A stretch of DNA of 61,824 bases from a virus. Taxonomy: Duplodnaviria; Heunggongvirae; Uroviricota; Caudoviricetes. Both the position numbers and the translations under genes were made by a program. The stretch lies in the IMG/VR virus record IMGVR_UViG_3300046318_000589. One strand, 5' to 3'. This document shows, one piece after another, positions 19,597 through 30,604 of this stretch (its first letter is position 1; the number at the start of each line of letters is the position of its first letter). Below the pieces are notes generated by a model. It worked only from the letters and a program-made list of their open reading frames with translations, made no database searches and had not been told where the DNA came from.

Positions 19597-20445
19597 TCAC
19601 ACCTCATAATTCATTATTAAAACTTCTTTAGATTTGGTAGTTTTCTTACGACTTGCATAAGAGTTATTATAATCCATTTCTAGATCAATTACAACATATT
19701 TCTTTGACCATTCCAATAATATTTCATTGGTTATGCCTTTGTTTTCGATGACATTAGATAAGCACCATTTAACGCTTGGATTTAGCCTATCTAACGTGTT
19801 ATAGAGGAGTTTCTCATGTGTAGTACCCCAACCACCCATTTTACATTCTCCGTTATAAGTGGCATTGCTAATAAGATATGGAGGGTCTAGGTAAATGAAA
19901 TCATTTTCTTTATATTCTCTATCTAAAAATGTTTCAAAACTATTTGTGGTAAAATATATATCTTTGTTGAGGAAGTGTTGGTGATAAAGTCTTAGGTTGG
20001 CTTCAATATTTTCATTAAAACATCTCTCACCAAACGGACTGTTAAATTGTCTTTTACTGTTGAATCGTATTTGATTATTGAATGTATAACATATAAGCAG
20101 GAAGAATAGATGAGGTCGATTAAGATTGTTGTAATCCTCTCTTAATCTTAGATATGCTTCCTTGTTAGTTTTGGATAATCCTCTTTGTTCTATTTGTATT
20201 TTTAGTAGATAAATAAAATCATCAATATCTGAATAACTATTAATATATTCATGTAAACCCATGACGTAACTATTTATATCATTCAAATAATAGTGATTAG
20301 CTTCAATATTTAAGGGGATAGTGGCAGAGCCAGTGAACGGTTCATAAAAATTATTAATATTTTCTGGAAAATACGGTAAAATCTGTGATAGTAACTTAAA
20401 TTTTGCACCAACATAAGGGATAGATTTTTTGTATTTATTTATCAT
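19597..20445 (-). CDS. dam: Dam-family (D12 class) DNA adenine methyltransferase
   Basis: PYVGAK, FYEPFTGS and YLDPPY motifs. Confidence 0.9.
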   Translation of the reverse strand: MINKYKKSIPYVGAKFKLLSQILPYFPENINNFYEPFTGSATIPLNIEANHYYLNDINSYVMGLHEYINSYSDIDDFIYLLKIQIEQRGLSKTNKEAYLRLREDYNNLNRPHLFFLLICYTFNNQIRFNSKRQFNSPFGERCFNENIEANLRLYHQHFLNKDIYFTTNSFETFLDREYKENDFIYLDPPYLISNATYNGECKMGGWGTTHEKLLYNTLDRLNPSVKWCLSNVIENKGITNEILLEWSKKYVVIDLEMDYNNSYASRKKTTKSKEVLIMNYEV

Positions 20446-20751
20446 TGGATATATCCTTATAAAGGTTTTGTATTTTTCCCTCTAATTCAACTAATTCTTC
20501 TTCTAAAAAAGATATTATAAGTTGTGACAGTCTTTTTTTACGAGAAACGCTTGTTTCTGTATCGTTATTATATTTTAATTCCAATCTTTGAGTACCTGGA
20601 ACAACCTGATCATAAAATTCAACCGTTGCAATTAGACTACGCTCTAAAAGAGGATTGTTGTAGTCTTTTAGCCTATCATTTTTTGATACTAAAGCTGATT
20701 CTAAGTCTCTCACTTTCTCTATTTCATCCATTAGGTCTTTTCCTTTAAATG

Positions 20752-20943
20752 TCATTTTATTTTCTTTCTACTGTATTTTAAATCTCTGAAATATTCGGTT
20801 TCATCAACACACTTCTCGTAATCTTTTAAAATAGAATGTTCTTCTCTACAAATTTCCCTTATCGCATTACCAGTGTGGCAGGAGGATAAAAGTAAAAGTA
20901 CTCCCCAAGCCAATGCAAATCCAACACCAATTCCGTCTTTCAT
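20752..20943 (-). CDS. small putative lipoprotein
   Basis: Hydrophobic N-terminus with lipobox LSS/C. Confidence 0.55.
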   Translation of the reverse strand: MKDGIGVGFALAWGVLLLLSSCHTGNAIREICREEHSILKDYEKCVDETEYFRDLKYSRKKIK

Positions 20944-21562
20944 ATTTACTCCTCTTTAAGATTAACTCGGCATTTCCATGATGCCTGTGATTTTAAGTTG
21001 TCTAACATCACCGTATAAACTTTCTTTGATTAATTTCTCTACCTGGTTTAAGTTTCTTAAATCTTGAGGTGTGAGGATTTCAACCGTGTGTCCTATACCA
21101 TCGTATGACTTGCCACTGAACCCCATGTGTCCATGTTCATGTCTGATGTATTTATAGAATATGATATATTCTCTACCTTTGTTGTTTTCCATTAAATATT
21201 ACTCCTCTTTATCATTAAAGTATCTTTTAATAACAGCGTTACCATAATTTTTATAACCAAAAGCCTTTTTAATACGCTTTCTTTCTGCTTTGTTATCTTT
21301 CAACCATTTTCTTACGATTCTATAGTGTATAATGGTTGGTTTATTGTTTTCTAAAAAATCTTGGTCTTTTTCAGGAAAATTCCATGATTCCACCGTATCT
21401 ACCCAAGCACCACCAACAAAACTATGACGCTCCGTTATAAACCCTGTAATTATTCTATGGCATGATGTTTTAAATTGCACTAATTCTGCACGATTGAATA
21501 CACCATGTAATTCCCCAATAGAGCCAATATCGCCATCATTGGGTTCTTCTATTTTTATCCAT

Positions 21563-22051
21563 CTATTTTTCATAATTACCCCCATTTAGCATTACTGATA
21601 ATTCTTTTACTGCGTTCTTGTAGTCTAATTTGTTTTCATAGACAGAGATAGATTTTTTATAAATCCTCTCCATAGTTTTTTCATAATTACCAGCCTGTCC
21701 ATCAAATATAAATATTATCTCATGGGGTATATCAATAAATTTTATGGCACGAATTACTTCTGTTTTAAAGCGTCCCAGTCCACCTATCTTATCAGTTATA
21801 TAAAAATGTTTAGGGATAAACGGAATACATCCCTTATTATTTTTTAGGGCTTTTATGCAAAGTTTAGGGGTTTTGATCGATTTAGGAACATATTTTAAAT
21901 AGAAACCATTTTTATTTAAAGGATATTTACACATTCTTTCATCTCTTAGATGTTCAGGAACGTATCTTAATAGCCAATAAGCGTATTTAACCTTCGCAAA
22001 CCAATAATCATAATCGTAATAATTTGGTATCATCTCATAAAAATCCTTCAT
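21563..22051 (-). CDS. DUF4116-like repeat protein
   Basis: Repeats LRYVPEHLRDERMC / LKYVPKSIKTPKLC / IPFIPK. Confidence 0.7.
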   Translation of the reverse strand: MKDFYEMIPNYYDYDYWFAKVKYAYWLLRYVPEHLRDERMCKYPLNKNGFYLKYVPKSIKTPKLCIKALKNNKGCIPFIPKHFYITDKIGGLGRFKTEVIRAIKFIDIPHEIIFIFDGQAGNYEKTMERIYKKSISVYENKLDYKNAVKELSVMLNGGNYEK

Positions 22052-22417
22052 ACGCTACCCCTGTAGGTTATTTAAAAAATTAAATATTCGTTGTCCATCA
22101 AATTCATCTTTTATATTAGAACTTTTAAATTTATCATAAAATTCATTTAGTTGTGTTGCATTGTATTTAAAATCGGCGTTATATATGTTAGGGGTAATTA
22201 CCCCATCTTTATAATAATAACCCTGTGATTGAAAATATATATCTTCAATGTCTAAGTTAGCAGTTATACCTGTATTTTTAAAAGAACAACTTATATAATT
22301 CATTACTAATTTATTAGGAAAATTGTATTTTTTATGCAATATTAATCTATATTCATCATCTATTTTTAATGTTATTATTTCGATAGTCATAATTACTCCT
22401 TTTATTTGCTTGAATTG

Positions 22418-22446
22418 TTTATAACATAAAATAGCTTGTTTGTAAA
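22418..22446 (-). promoter_or_regulatory. class II promoter TTTACA-N17-TATAAA
   Basis: TTTTATGT immediately before the -10. Confidence 0.65.
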
Positions 22447-22552
22447 GAGTTTTGTTTCCTAATTACCTTAAGAGATAAATAAAAAATAAAAAACAATTAA
22501 AAATTAGCCCTGTAAGGTTGCTAAATCTCTTTTTTTTCAAAAAGGTCATAAA

Positions 22553-23398
22553 ATGACACATCTAATCGAAGGTGGACATCATCTGCCTTGTACCCTTGGT
22601 TATATGAGTAACTATGGTTACGGATATAATAATAACAATCACAATAATAACAACGATGACGGTTTACTTCATCTTTTGGGTGGTCAAAGAGAGCTGACTA
22701 AATCTGTGTACGAAGCCGAAAATGACATCAGGACAAATCTTGATTCAATCGGTTCTTTAATCACTGATGGTCAAAGTCGTTTAACTACTAACGTTACAAC
22801 TGTTTCAAGAGACGTTTTAAACGCACAACACGGAATAACAAAAGATATTGGGGACAGTAAGTTCTTCACATCCAATGCTATATCGGACGTTCGTCAAGAA
22901 ATTGCTCATACAGCAAATGACGTTAATAAAGAGATTGCTCATTCAAGACTTCAAATAAGTCAAGTTGCCAATGATGTCGCTCAAAATATTGCAACAGTTA
23001 AAGAATCTCTTTCTGATAAATTTGCAATTTTGTTACTTGAGAATCATAAAGCAGAATCTCGCACACGAGAAGAATTGCTTAAAGGTTTTGCAACTACTCA
23101 ATTAGATGCGTGTAAAAATACTAATGAAATTACTCGTCAGGCTTCTGACAATTTCGCTAGTTTACAGGCTAAAATTGCAGAGTGTTGTTGTGAAACACAA
23201 AAGGCTCTTTTAGTGCAATCTGCAAGTATTCGTGAACTTGATTTGAAACAATCAGCTCAAACTCGTGAACTTGCTCTAAGTATTGAGAATAATCGCTTGC
23301 GTGATAAATGTGATAATCAAGAACGTCATTCTCGTGGTGGTGATATTGAAATCGCAATCAATAACGTTCTAAGAAACACGAACTTTAGTCGTTCGTAA
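22553..23398 (+). CDS. lone plus-strand coiled-coil protein with CCC motif, unknown function
   Basis: Only long plus-strand ORF in a minus-strand block; CTAATTA at 22459-22465; codon usage (cgt, gct, ggt, act) like the capsid gene. Confidence 0.75.
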   Translation: MTHLIEGGHHLPCTLGYMSNYGYGYNNNNHNNNNDDGLLHLLGGQRELTKSVYEAENDIRTNLDSIGSLITDGQSRLTTNVTTVSRDVLNAQHGITKDIGDSKFFTSNAISDVRQEIAHTANDVNKEIAHSRLQISQVANDVAQNIATVKESLSDKFAILLLENHKAESRTREELLKGFATTQLDACKNTNEITRQASDNFASLQAKIAECCCETQKALLVQSASIRELDLKQSAQTRELALSIENNRLRDKCDNQERHSRGGDIEIAINNVLRNTNFSRS

Positions 23399-23630
23399 TA
23401 ATACTCAATAAAATAGCAGGTATTTGATTACGTCTGCTATTTTTTTTTGCTTCTTGTGATAAAAAATCATTATGATAAGGCTTATCTGAAATATCATCCG
23501 TTAAAGGAACATATTTTAGTTTGGATCTAGCCTTTTCAGACAGGTAAAAAGCAAAAAGATGTTCAATCGTAAGCTTTTTATCTGTCTTTAAAATAGGATC
23601 GTCAGATGATGTGTTCATTTATTTTGTCCC

Positions 23631-23873
23631 TCAATATATAGATTCCGAATCTTGTAACCTATCATAGTAAAATTCTCTTTGATTTGCAATTTGCTCTTTG
23701 ATTAATAATAGAATTTTTTTATCCATTATAATAAAGTTTTGTATATTATTAATATGAATCCACCACAAATATTGAGGGTCAGACTTTAAAATACAAGAAA
23801 CAAGTTTGCCAGAATATTTACCAAAAGTAATTACTGTTTCCAATTCCAAGACATTCATAATAACTGTTTTCAT
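23631..23873 (-). CDS. DUF3820/exonuclease X C-terminal-like small protein
   Basis: ITFGKYSGK...DPQYLWW motif. Confidence 0.65.
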   Translation of the reverse strand: MKTVIMNVLELETVITFGKYSGKLVSCILKSDPQYLWWIHINNIQNFIIMDKKILLLIKEQIANQREFYYDRLQDSESIY

Positions 23874-23881
23874 TAAGTAAT

Positions 23882-24466
23882 CTACCTAAAAAATATTTTC
23901 ACTAATCTTTTAGGCGATTCAAAAATCATGCTACCATCATGGTCTTTGACTTGAACATAATCTTCATGCCCTGAAGAATATTTAAATCTTACTAAAGAAA
24001 TACTATATTCTTTATTTGTAAACCAATTTGGGTTGCCGTCCACACCTTCAAATTCTACTTTATAAATTCCTGTCTCCAATGTAATACATACAGCATCATT
24101 ATTACTGTCAATAGTTTTTGGTGCTGCACCCTCGGAAGCGTGATTATTGGGGATGTGAATATCAGGGTTTCCTTCTATGGCATAATACATTGATGCAATA
24201 ACACATTTAATGTCACCCCCCTCCCTAAGCCAGTATTTATCAGAATCATTATTGTCTTTTAAGGTCACTACATAGTGATTTAAGTAATGTTTATAATCAG
24301 GTTTTTGTTTATGAAAAACAGTTACATTATCTTTATTATAAATCTCCAATAGTAGGCTATATTTACCAAAATTTACACATTGATATTTTTTAAAGTCTTC
24401 CAACAATTCTTTTTTATTGAAGTGTTCAAATATTAGTTCTATTAATGTAATATCCCAATCAATCAT
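23882..24466 (-). CDS. hypothetical protein
   Basis: 194-aa ORF. Confidence 0.55.
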   Translation of the reverse strand: MIDWDITLIELIFEHFNKKELLEDFKKYQCVNFGKYSLLLEIYNKDNVTVFHKQKPDYKHYLNHYVVTLKDNNDSDKYWLREGGDIKCVIASMYYAIEGNPDIHIPNNHASEGAAPKTIDSNNDAVCITLETGIYKVEFEGVDGNPNWFTNKEYSISLVRFKYSSGHEDYVQVKDHDGSMIFESPKRLVKIFFR

Positions 24467-24482
24467 TTTTTATCCTTTAAAA

Positions 24483-25571
24483 TTATTTCATAAAGCTTAG
24501 TATGTGAGATATTATAGGGGCGTTAAATCCGTTACCCAAGCACTTATATCTCTGAGAATTACTCACGCCTTCACAATCAGTATAAAAATCAGGAAGTCCT
24601 TGAAGTCTTTCACATTCTCGTACTGTTAATTTTCTTATATAACCCTCAATTAATAAACCCTTATCACCATTTTTCTCTAATGTAAAGATTTTTCTATCGT
24701 CCGTTGCATCAAAACTTATATCACCAATAAAATACTGCCCCATTTTTGCAGCTCCACCACCTGATGCACCACACAGTGTAACAGCTTTATTATTAATATA
24801 ATAAACTCTATTGGCTTGACTATCTTTTCTAAAATATCCCATTTTACCTGACTGTACTTCTTTTTCTAAAAATACGAATGTTTCGTCAAATGGCACGATA
24901 TATTTTTTTAATGTTTCGCTTATCAGAGTACAGCCGTTATTTCCCGCAGACTTGTACATACTTGCAGTACAAGTTAGACTTTTTTGTTCCAGTGTTTTAA
25001 AATGTTGGATATTTCTATCAGTGATTTTAACAGGTTTTTCTTCATTTTCATGGATAATATCTTTTAAGAGTATTCCTAAATCATTGGGTTGTGTTACGTT
25101 TGGAATATTTGTCCAATACAGTCTTTTTCTTGTCTGTGCCGATAATTTTGCACTGTCAATCATTACATAGGGAACACCAACAAGCTCGCTAATCTTATCG
25201 GAGTATTCTTTTTTCATTTTAGTATTCTCTAAAAGAAAATATTTTGGTTTAACTTGTTCTAAGGCTCGTAATAAATCGAAAAATAATTGTCCTCTTGGGT
25301 CTTCAAAACCTAATTGTTTGCCGCACAGACTGAAACTTTGGCAAGCGAATCCTGCTACAAGTAGGTCATACCCCTCAAATTTAGAGAAATCCGCCTTTAT
25401 AACACCTCCATGATGATTTATTTCAGGGTGGTTCTTTTTAGATATGGCAATAGCATATTTATCAATTTCAAACGCATCATACGTTTCAACGGGGACATTA
25501 AGATTTTTCAGAGCTTGTAGTCCGCACGAAATTCCATCGAAAAGCGATAATACTTTTAATCCTTTAGTCAT
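24483..25571 (-). CDS. C5-cytosine DNA methyltransferase
   Basis: LSLFDGISCG (I), GFACQSFS (IV, PC written AC), ENT (VI), QTRKRLYW (VIII), RKLTVRECERLQG (IX), YKCLGNG (X). Confidence 0.9.
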   Translation of the reverse strand: MTKGLKVLSLFDGISCGLQALKNLNVPVETYDAFEIDKYAIAISKKNHPEINHHGGVIKADFSKFEGYDLLVAGFACQSFSLCGKQLGFEDPRGQLFFDLLRALEQVKPKYFLLENTKMKKEYSDKISELVGVPYVMIDSAKLSAQTRKRLYWTNIPNVTQPNDLGILLKDIIHENEEKPVKITDRNIQHFKTLEQKSLTCTASMYKSAGNNGCTLISETLKKYIVPFDETFVFLEKEVQSGKMGYFRKDSQANRVYYINNKAVTLCGASGGGAAKMGQYFIGDISFDATDDRKIFTLEKNGDKGLLIEGYIRKLTVRECERLQGLPDFYTDCEGVSNSQRYKCLGNGFNAPIISHILSFMK

Positions 25572-26308
25572 TTTAATTCCTCAATAAAAATTTTATCTAA
25601 TTCGTCATAATCTACTTCAATCGGAGTATATTTTTCTTTACGACATTCATAAATTTCATTTATTTTTTGAACATATTCGTCACGCATTTTAAACGCCTCG
25701 TCTTTTGTTTTAGGGTATCTGCCTCTTTTTACATCCATCATAAAATCACGCTCATCGCCATGATATTCATATATGGGAACATTATGTTTTAGTAAATCAT
25801 ACAGTCTAATAATGTGGTGAAGCTGTTTGGGGTTGTAGCCAAATTTTTCAACAATATGTTTTCTACCTTCAAATAATTTATCAAAAGCATGAACCTTCTC
25901 CATTAACATTCCTTTAAGTGCTTGTGGACTTAAATTATATTTTTTAAAAACTTGAAACGAATCAATCCATTCAAGCATTGAACCAATATGATATTTAGAA
26001 TTAACCACTTCAATCCACTGTGGATTACCCTTAGCACATATTTCAGAAAATTTATAAATGTTATGACAAGTTACCTCACCAAAGTCACTTTTGAAAGAAT
26101 ATTTATCCCCATTGCGTAATTGTTTTAATGTAGGTATAAAAACAAGATTTGCATCATAATCACTTTCATCATCGGAAAGGTTATAATTTTGTGAGCCTTT
26201 CAAACCAATAGCATAAGGTTTTAGACCATTATTTTTAACTATTTCCCAAAATTCCGATAGTCTTTTGAATACAATTCTATCCATAAACTTCTCCTTATAT
26301 CGTATCAA
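25568..26308 (-). CDS. RlaP/NrdC.11-like Pol-beta superfamily nucleotidyltransferase
   Basis: GLKGSQNYNL...ESDYD motif, KGNPQWIEVV and KQLHHIIRL. Confidence 0.75.
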   Translation of the reverse strand: MIRYKEKFMDRIVFKRLSEFWEIVKNNGLKPYAIGLKGSQNYNLSDDESDYDANLVFIPTLKQLRNGDKYSFKSDFGEVTCHNIYKFSEICAKGNPQWIEVVNSKYHIGSMLEWIDSFQVFKKYNLSPQALKGMLMEKVHAFDKLFEGRKHIVEKFGYNPKQLHHIIRLYDLLKHNVPIYEYHGDERDFMMDVKRGRYPKTKDEAFKMRDEYVQKINEIYECRKEKYTPIEVDYDELDKIFIEELK

Positions 26309-27095
26309 GTGGTTTATCGTTTAAAATTCTCGTTATCATTTCTATAACATAAGAAATGAAATATCCGTTACCTTTATCTTCATCAAGTAGTTGAAAAATA
26401 TCCAAGATTATTTTATTTGCGTGTTCTTGTCCAAAATCATGCCTACCATTTATATGATTGGATTTCTCTTGTAAATCAGACAAAATTAGTTTAACGTGAT
26501 CCAAGAGATAAAAATTTTTATCTTTCATTAATTTTATAAGTTTACTGTCCATTATTACTCGCAATAGAAATTAGTCTATCAATATAATCTTGTTCTATTC
26601 CATCGATCATTGGGACATTTTTTAATTTATTTGCTAAATTTAATAAAAAATCAACATCATCTTTCATAATCATGTGTCCAAGGGAATTATAAAGTTTTAA
26701 TTTATCAGTAAAATATAAATTCATATCATCACTAGGTACTTCAATCTCACTATAAAGAGGTTTTAAAAGAAAACTTTTATCACAATTCCAAATTCTGACA
26801 ATTCGCCAATCTGTTCTGGTTTTTTTGCATTGAACGTGTTGTCCTACTGTGTAATTATTTTCTTTCATTTATATAATCCGATAAATTTATTACAACACAT
26901 TCTTCAGTGTTTACGTTGTTCTGATTTTTTGTATCTGCATTTAAAATTTTAGCTAGTTTATCACGGCTTTCTTTTAAGTATTCTTTATACTCAATGTTGC
27001 TTTCCCTGACTTCCTCTATATGCTTTCTAAGTCCTGTCAAATAATCTGGTTGGTTACTATTATCATCCATAACAGAAATCTCCTTTTGTAATAAT

Positions 27096-27124
27096 CTTAT
27101 AACATAAAATTATATAGTTGTAAA
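27096..27124 (-). promoter_or_regulatory. class II promoter TTTACA-N17-TATAAG
   Basis: TTTTATGT before the -10. Confidence 0.6.
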
Positions 27125-27142
27125 GGATTATTTTAATCTAGG

Positions 27143-27322
27143 TCATCTTTTCTTACATCTTTTTTGTTCGTTTCTCGTCTTTAATAAATGTGTAGTGTTT
27201 CTATGAATCATTAATATTCTGTTAGTTTTTCGACTGAGCCTCTCAACCCCAAAAACTTCAGGCTTTGCGTATGCGTGAGGAGCTATTATTAATAGTAACA
27301 TTATAACAAAAATCTTTTTCAT
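27143..27322 (-). CDS. small secreted cationic peptide (59 aa, absent from ORF track)
   Basis: MKKIFVIMLLLIIAPHAYA signal, then KPEVF...EQKRCKKR; GAGGA RBS. Confidence 0.55.
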   Translation of the reverse strand: MKKIFVIMLLLIIAPHAYAKPEVFGVERLSRKTNRILMIHRNTTHLLKTRNEQKRCKKR

Positions 27323-27624
27323 GGAAAGTCCTCTAAGTTAATTATTTTCAAGCCAAGTTATGTACTTATTTATAAATTTTCTTTTTTCTATAATTTGATT
27401 ATGTACTGTAATTATTATATTCATCAGAAATTAATCCTCCATCAGATTCTATCTCTATTTGTAACTTTATTATTTTTTCTAATAGGGATTGATTAAGATC
27501 ATCAAGGCAGATTAATTCTGGATTATCCCCTTTGAAATTATCTTGGGGGCAGTTTGTTTTTTTCTTACCTTGTTCTCTATTGGGGTAAATAATTTTAAAT
27601 TTTTCTTTTGATTTTAAAAACGAT

Positions 27625-28641
27625 TTAAATTTTTGATCCATAAACTTTATCCATAAACCATTTAGCACAGTATTTTGATATTGCTGATTTAACATCATTC
27701 CACTCTAAATTAGATGCTGTCATGGTATCGTTTTCCTCTTTGAGAATATCACTCGTAACCCATCGCACAAAATCCCCCGTACTTTTAATGTCAAGATCCA
27801 TATCACGATCAAGGAATATTTTTTGTAATCCTTGTTGCAAACGATTTTCAGTAACAGCATATTTAAAGAAAGCGTCAATGGATTCTTGTTTTTCAGGCTC
27901 AATGGAAACTGTTTTTGAATGGGATACTTTATGCTTATCCCCTTTCGATTTAAAGCGATATTTTTTACCGCTATAGAGCGTTTCCCATACAATACCCTCT
28001 CCAATACCATCAACCCCAAAGAATGTCCCTACAGGGCATTGTGCTTCAACCTCGTTGGTTAATTCTGTTATAACTTCAAGATGTTTTTCCACTTCATTAA
28101 AGTCGATTTCCATCTCATAACGCTTAATTTTGGATAGATTATAAAAGTTAATATCGCCTCTGTGTTCTACATTGGAATAATCCAACCAATATGTTTCCCC
28201 ATTGGAATTTTTTACTTTAATACCAAAAAGATAAAATGATTTGTCTAATTTAGAAACAGCCACACCTTTTTGTATTCCCTTACCTGCCCATTCCCCAAAT
28301 AACGTAATCATAGTTACATTATTAACAAGGGGTAACTGACTTTTTAAAAGGTCGATAAAGAAAGTATTATTGGTTTCATAATACTTTGCAAAGCCATATA
28401 ATCCACCTCCCTCTAATGCGTTTTCTCTTGATTGAGGGTACACTTTACATTTTTTTAAATCATAAGTAATTCCTGCATTAGCACCATGTACTTTGACAGT
28501 ACCTGTAAAATTTAAAATTGGTAAAGATATGTCGGGATCGTATTGTGCTATACCGCAATCATCTTCCCCAATATATTGAACATTTTTCTTTAATTCATAA
28601 AACATTTGACGAAAATGATCTGTGTCGGGATATTTATTCAT
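27625..28641 (-). CDS. Rnl2-family RNA ligase
   Basis: Motif I TVKVHGANAG, FGEWAG, GEGIVW, FKSKG, and C-terminal VTENRLQQG domain. Confidence 0.85.
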   Translation of the reverse strand: MNKYPDTDHFRQMFYELKKNVQYIGEDDCGIAQYDPDISLPILNFTGTVKVHGANAGITYDLKKCKVYPQSRENALEGGGLYGFAKYYETNNTFFIDLLKSQLPLVNNVTMITLFGEWAGKGIQKGVAVSKLDKSFYLFGIKVKNSNGETYWLDYSNVEHRGDINFYNLSKIKRYEMEIDFNEVEKHLEVITELTNEVEAQCPVGTFFGVDGIGEGIVWETLYSGKKYRFKSKGDKHKVSHSKTVSIEPEKQESIDAFFKYAVTENRLQQGLQKIFLDRDMDLDIKSTGDFVRWVTSDILKEENDTMTASNLEWNDVKSAISKYCAKWFMDKVYGSKI

Positions 28642-29138
28642 ATTTTATTCCTAATAAGGTGGTAAAGTTATTAATTTTATTGATTGTATCTATAACGGAT
28701 AGCTTATCATTCGCTCTATTATCAATATTAAAATGTCTTATCTCGTAATAACAGCCTTGTGTCAATATTAAATCAACATGAGAGAAATCATTAATTTGTA
28801 AATGGATTTCATCGAAAAGAGGATTTTTAATGTGGTTGTGAATATTTAACTTTAATACAACCACGTCAAAGCCAAAATCCTCCAAGAAATTTGGATATGC
28901 CTTTGATATGAAATGTTTCTTTAAAGTACATACAATATTCTCTAAATTTTCTATGTCACTATATTCTTGTTTAAATGAAGAAAGTTCTTTTAAAAATAAG
29001 AATAATCCGTCTTTTATGTTGTATTCCCGAATAAGGTATTGACCCACCACCCTTATTAATATTTTAGTCATATTTTTTCCTTCATTTATAAATTAATTAT
29101 AAACTATAGCGTAAGGTTTGTCAAGATCTAATTATTTT

Positions 29139-29504
29139 ATGAGTAACGAAATTATCCCAATGCAAACCGAACCAACAAAAACCATTTCTTATGCTGAAGA
29201 ATCTTTATTATTATTAATAGAGAAGAGTATGGCAAGAATGAAGGTGCTTGACGAACTTTGTGAAAAGATGCCCGACGAACCGAAAATTTTTCGCCTATGG
29301 GTGGAATGCGTAGAAAAACTTGCTGGTGTTCTTGAACGTCTTTTTAAGATTCAAAATTATAATGGTGGTAAAGACGCTAGCGGTAAAGAAGTGCAGACAG
29401 GGAATAATACAAATAATATAGTCTTAATATCCTCTGCCGATTTACTGAACCGCATAGAATCTAAGTTCTATGGAGTTAAAACTCGTGCTGATGCGTATAA
29501 ATAA
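29139..29504 (+). CDS. gp16: terminase small subunit (gp16-like)
   Basis: Helical acidic protein ending NTNNIVLISSADLL; upstream of terL; start moved to the ATG 4 nt after CTAATTA. Confidence 0.75.
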   Translation: MSNEIIPMQTEPTKTISYAEESLLLLIEKSMARMKVLDELCEKMPDEPKIFRLWVECVEKLAGVLERLFKIQNYNGGKDASGKEVQTGNNTNNIVLISSADLLNRIESKFYGVKTRADAYK

Positions 29505-29520
29505 AAAATATAATTAATAA

Positions 29521-30474
29521 TTATACCAGTTTCCAAATAAACCCTTTATGAAGCTTTGCTTTTCCGTTGACACACCGTGAAACCATTATACGATTAAATC
29601 CATCTTTTGTCACCGCCCTAATGGATTCATAGGTTCGTATAAAAATATAATCTGAAGTGTATTGAGCTATTTGTTTTCTATCGTCTTTTTTAACATAAGG
29701 ATCTATTATATCCAATATAACACCATCAATAAAATATCTCCACTCATAGCCTTTATGTGACTTTTGCTTACCTATACAACAAGCACCAACTTGTTGGGGG
29801 TCATACCCATCTAATTCTACAGAGTTCCGTGATGGATATGTTTTTATAAGAACGCCTTCCTTATACTGTCCTACGGGTTTTTTACAATCGGTTCTACTTC
29901 TTTGCCCAATACTCATCTTCTTTTTTGATTCTTCAGTATGTTTTCTACCTTTTTGTCCTTCACTATTTTTTCTTCGGTGTTCTTCTGTTTGCGTTCGCCC
30001 CCTTGTTGATTGTGCCAGTTTTTCCATGTGTTCTGGTGTGCGTTTCCATTCACGCATTTTCTTTCTTGTTTCTTCAGAAGCTTTTTTGCCTGTTTGTGCT
30101 TTTCTATTTTTTTCTCTACTCTCAGGTGACCGAATAGCACCTCTCGCACCCTCCCCACCATCAGTCATATTAACAAGAGTACCTGTCTTTAAATCTCTCC
30201 TACCATAAAGCAAAATAAACTCAACTTCTTTTTTATTGGCTTCCTCTCCTGATAAGCCCTCCAACATTATTTCAACTTCATGATCGTGTTTCTTTACGAT
30301 CCTATGCCAATGTGGATTGACCCTATCTTTAGAATATGCTCTTGTATATTTTCCGTCAACATTTGTTCCTTTGCCTATATAAAACACTTCGTTTTTATCT
30401 AAACGAATGTGTCTGTATATGTAACATAAATTTTGTTGTTGATTTTTATTTGATTCTGTGGTACTAATTACCAT
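29521..30474 (-). mobile_element. free-standing GIY-YIG-type homing endonuclease with NUMOD3 repeats and NUMOD1-like C-terminal domains
   Basis: YIYRH...FYIGKG...RA; NMTDGGEG; repeats SPESREK/SEETRKK/TEEHRRK/TEESKKK; two KPVGQY/KQIAQY modules. Confidence 0.85.
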
Positions 30475-30548
30475 AGCTGATGTCCTTTCTCGACTTTAGA
30501 GCCTGTGGGTTTGCGGAAACCGTGACAGGTATATATTAATTAGTCTTT

Positions 30549-30578
30549 ATTATAACATTATAGGTTTTATAATGTCAA
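30549..30578 (-). promoter_or_regulatory. sigma70 promoter TTGACA-N18-(TGT)TATAAT for the homing endonuclease
   Basis: Both hexamers perfect consensus; a CTAATTA also lies on the minus strand at 30537-30543. Confidence 0.7.
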
Positions 30579-30604
30579 ATTTTTATAAACCCCCTAATTA
30601 GTTT

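Noticed and set aside
22625-22660. AAT/AAC Asn run as a phase-variable repeat
   Set aside because: Imperfect in-frame trinucleotide mix; slippage would not switch the frame
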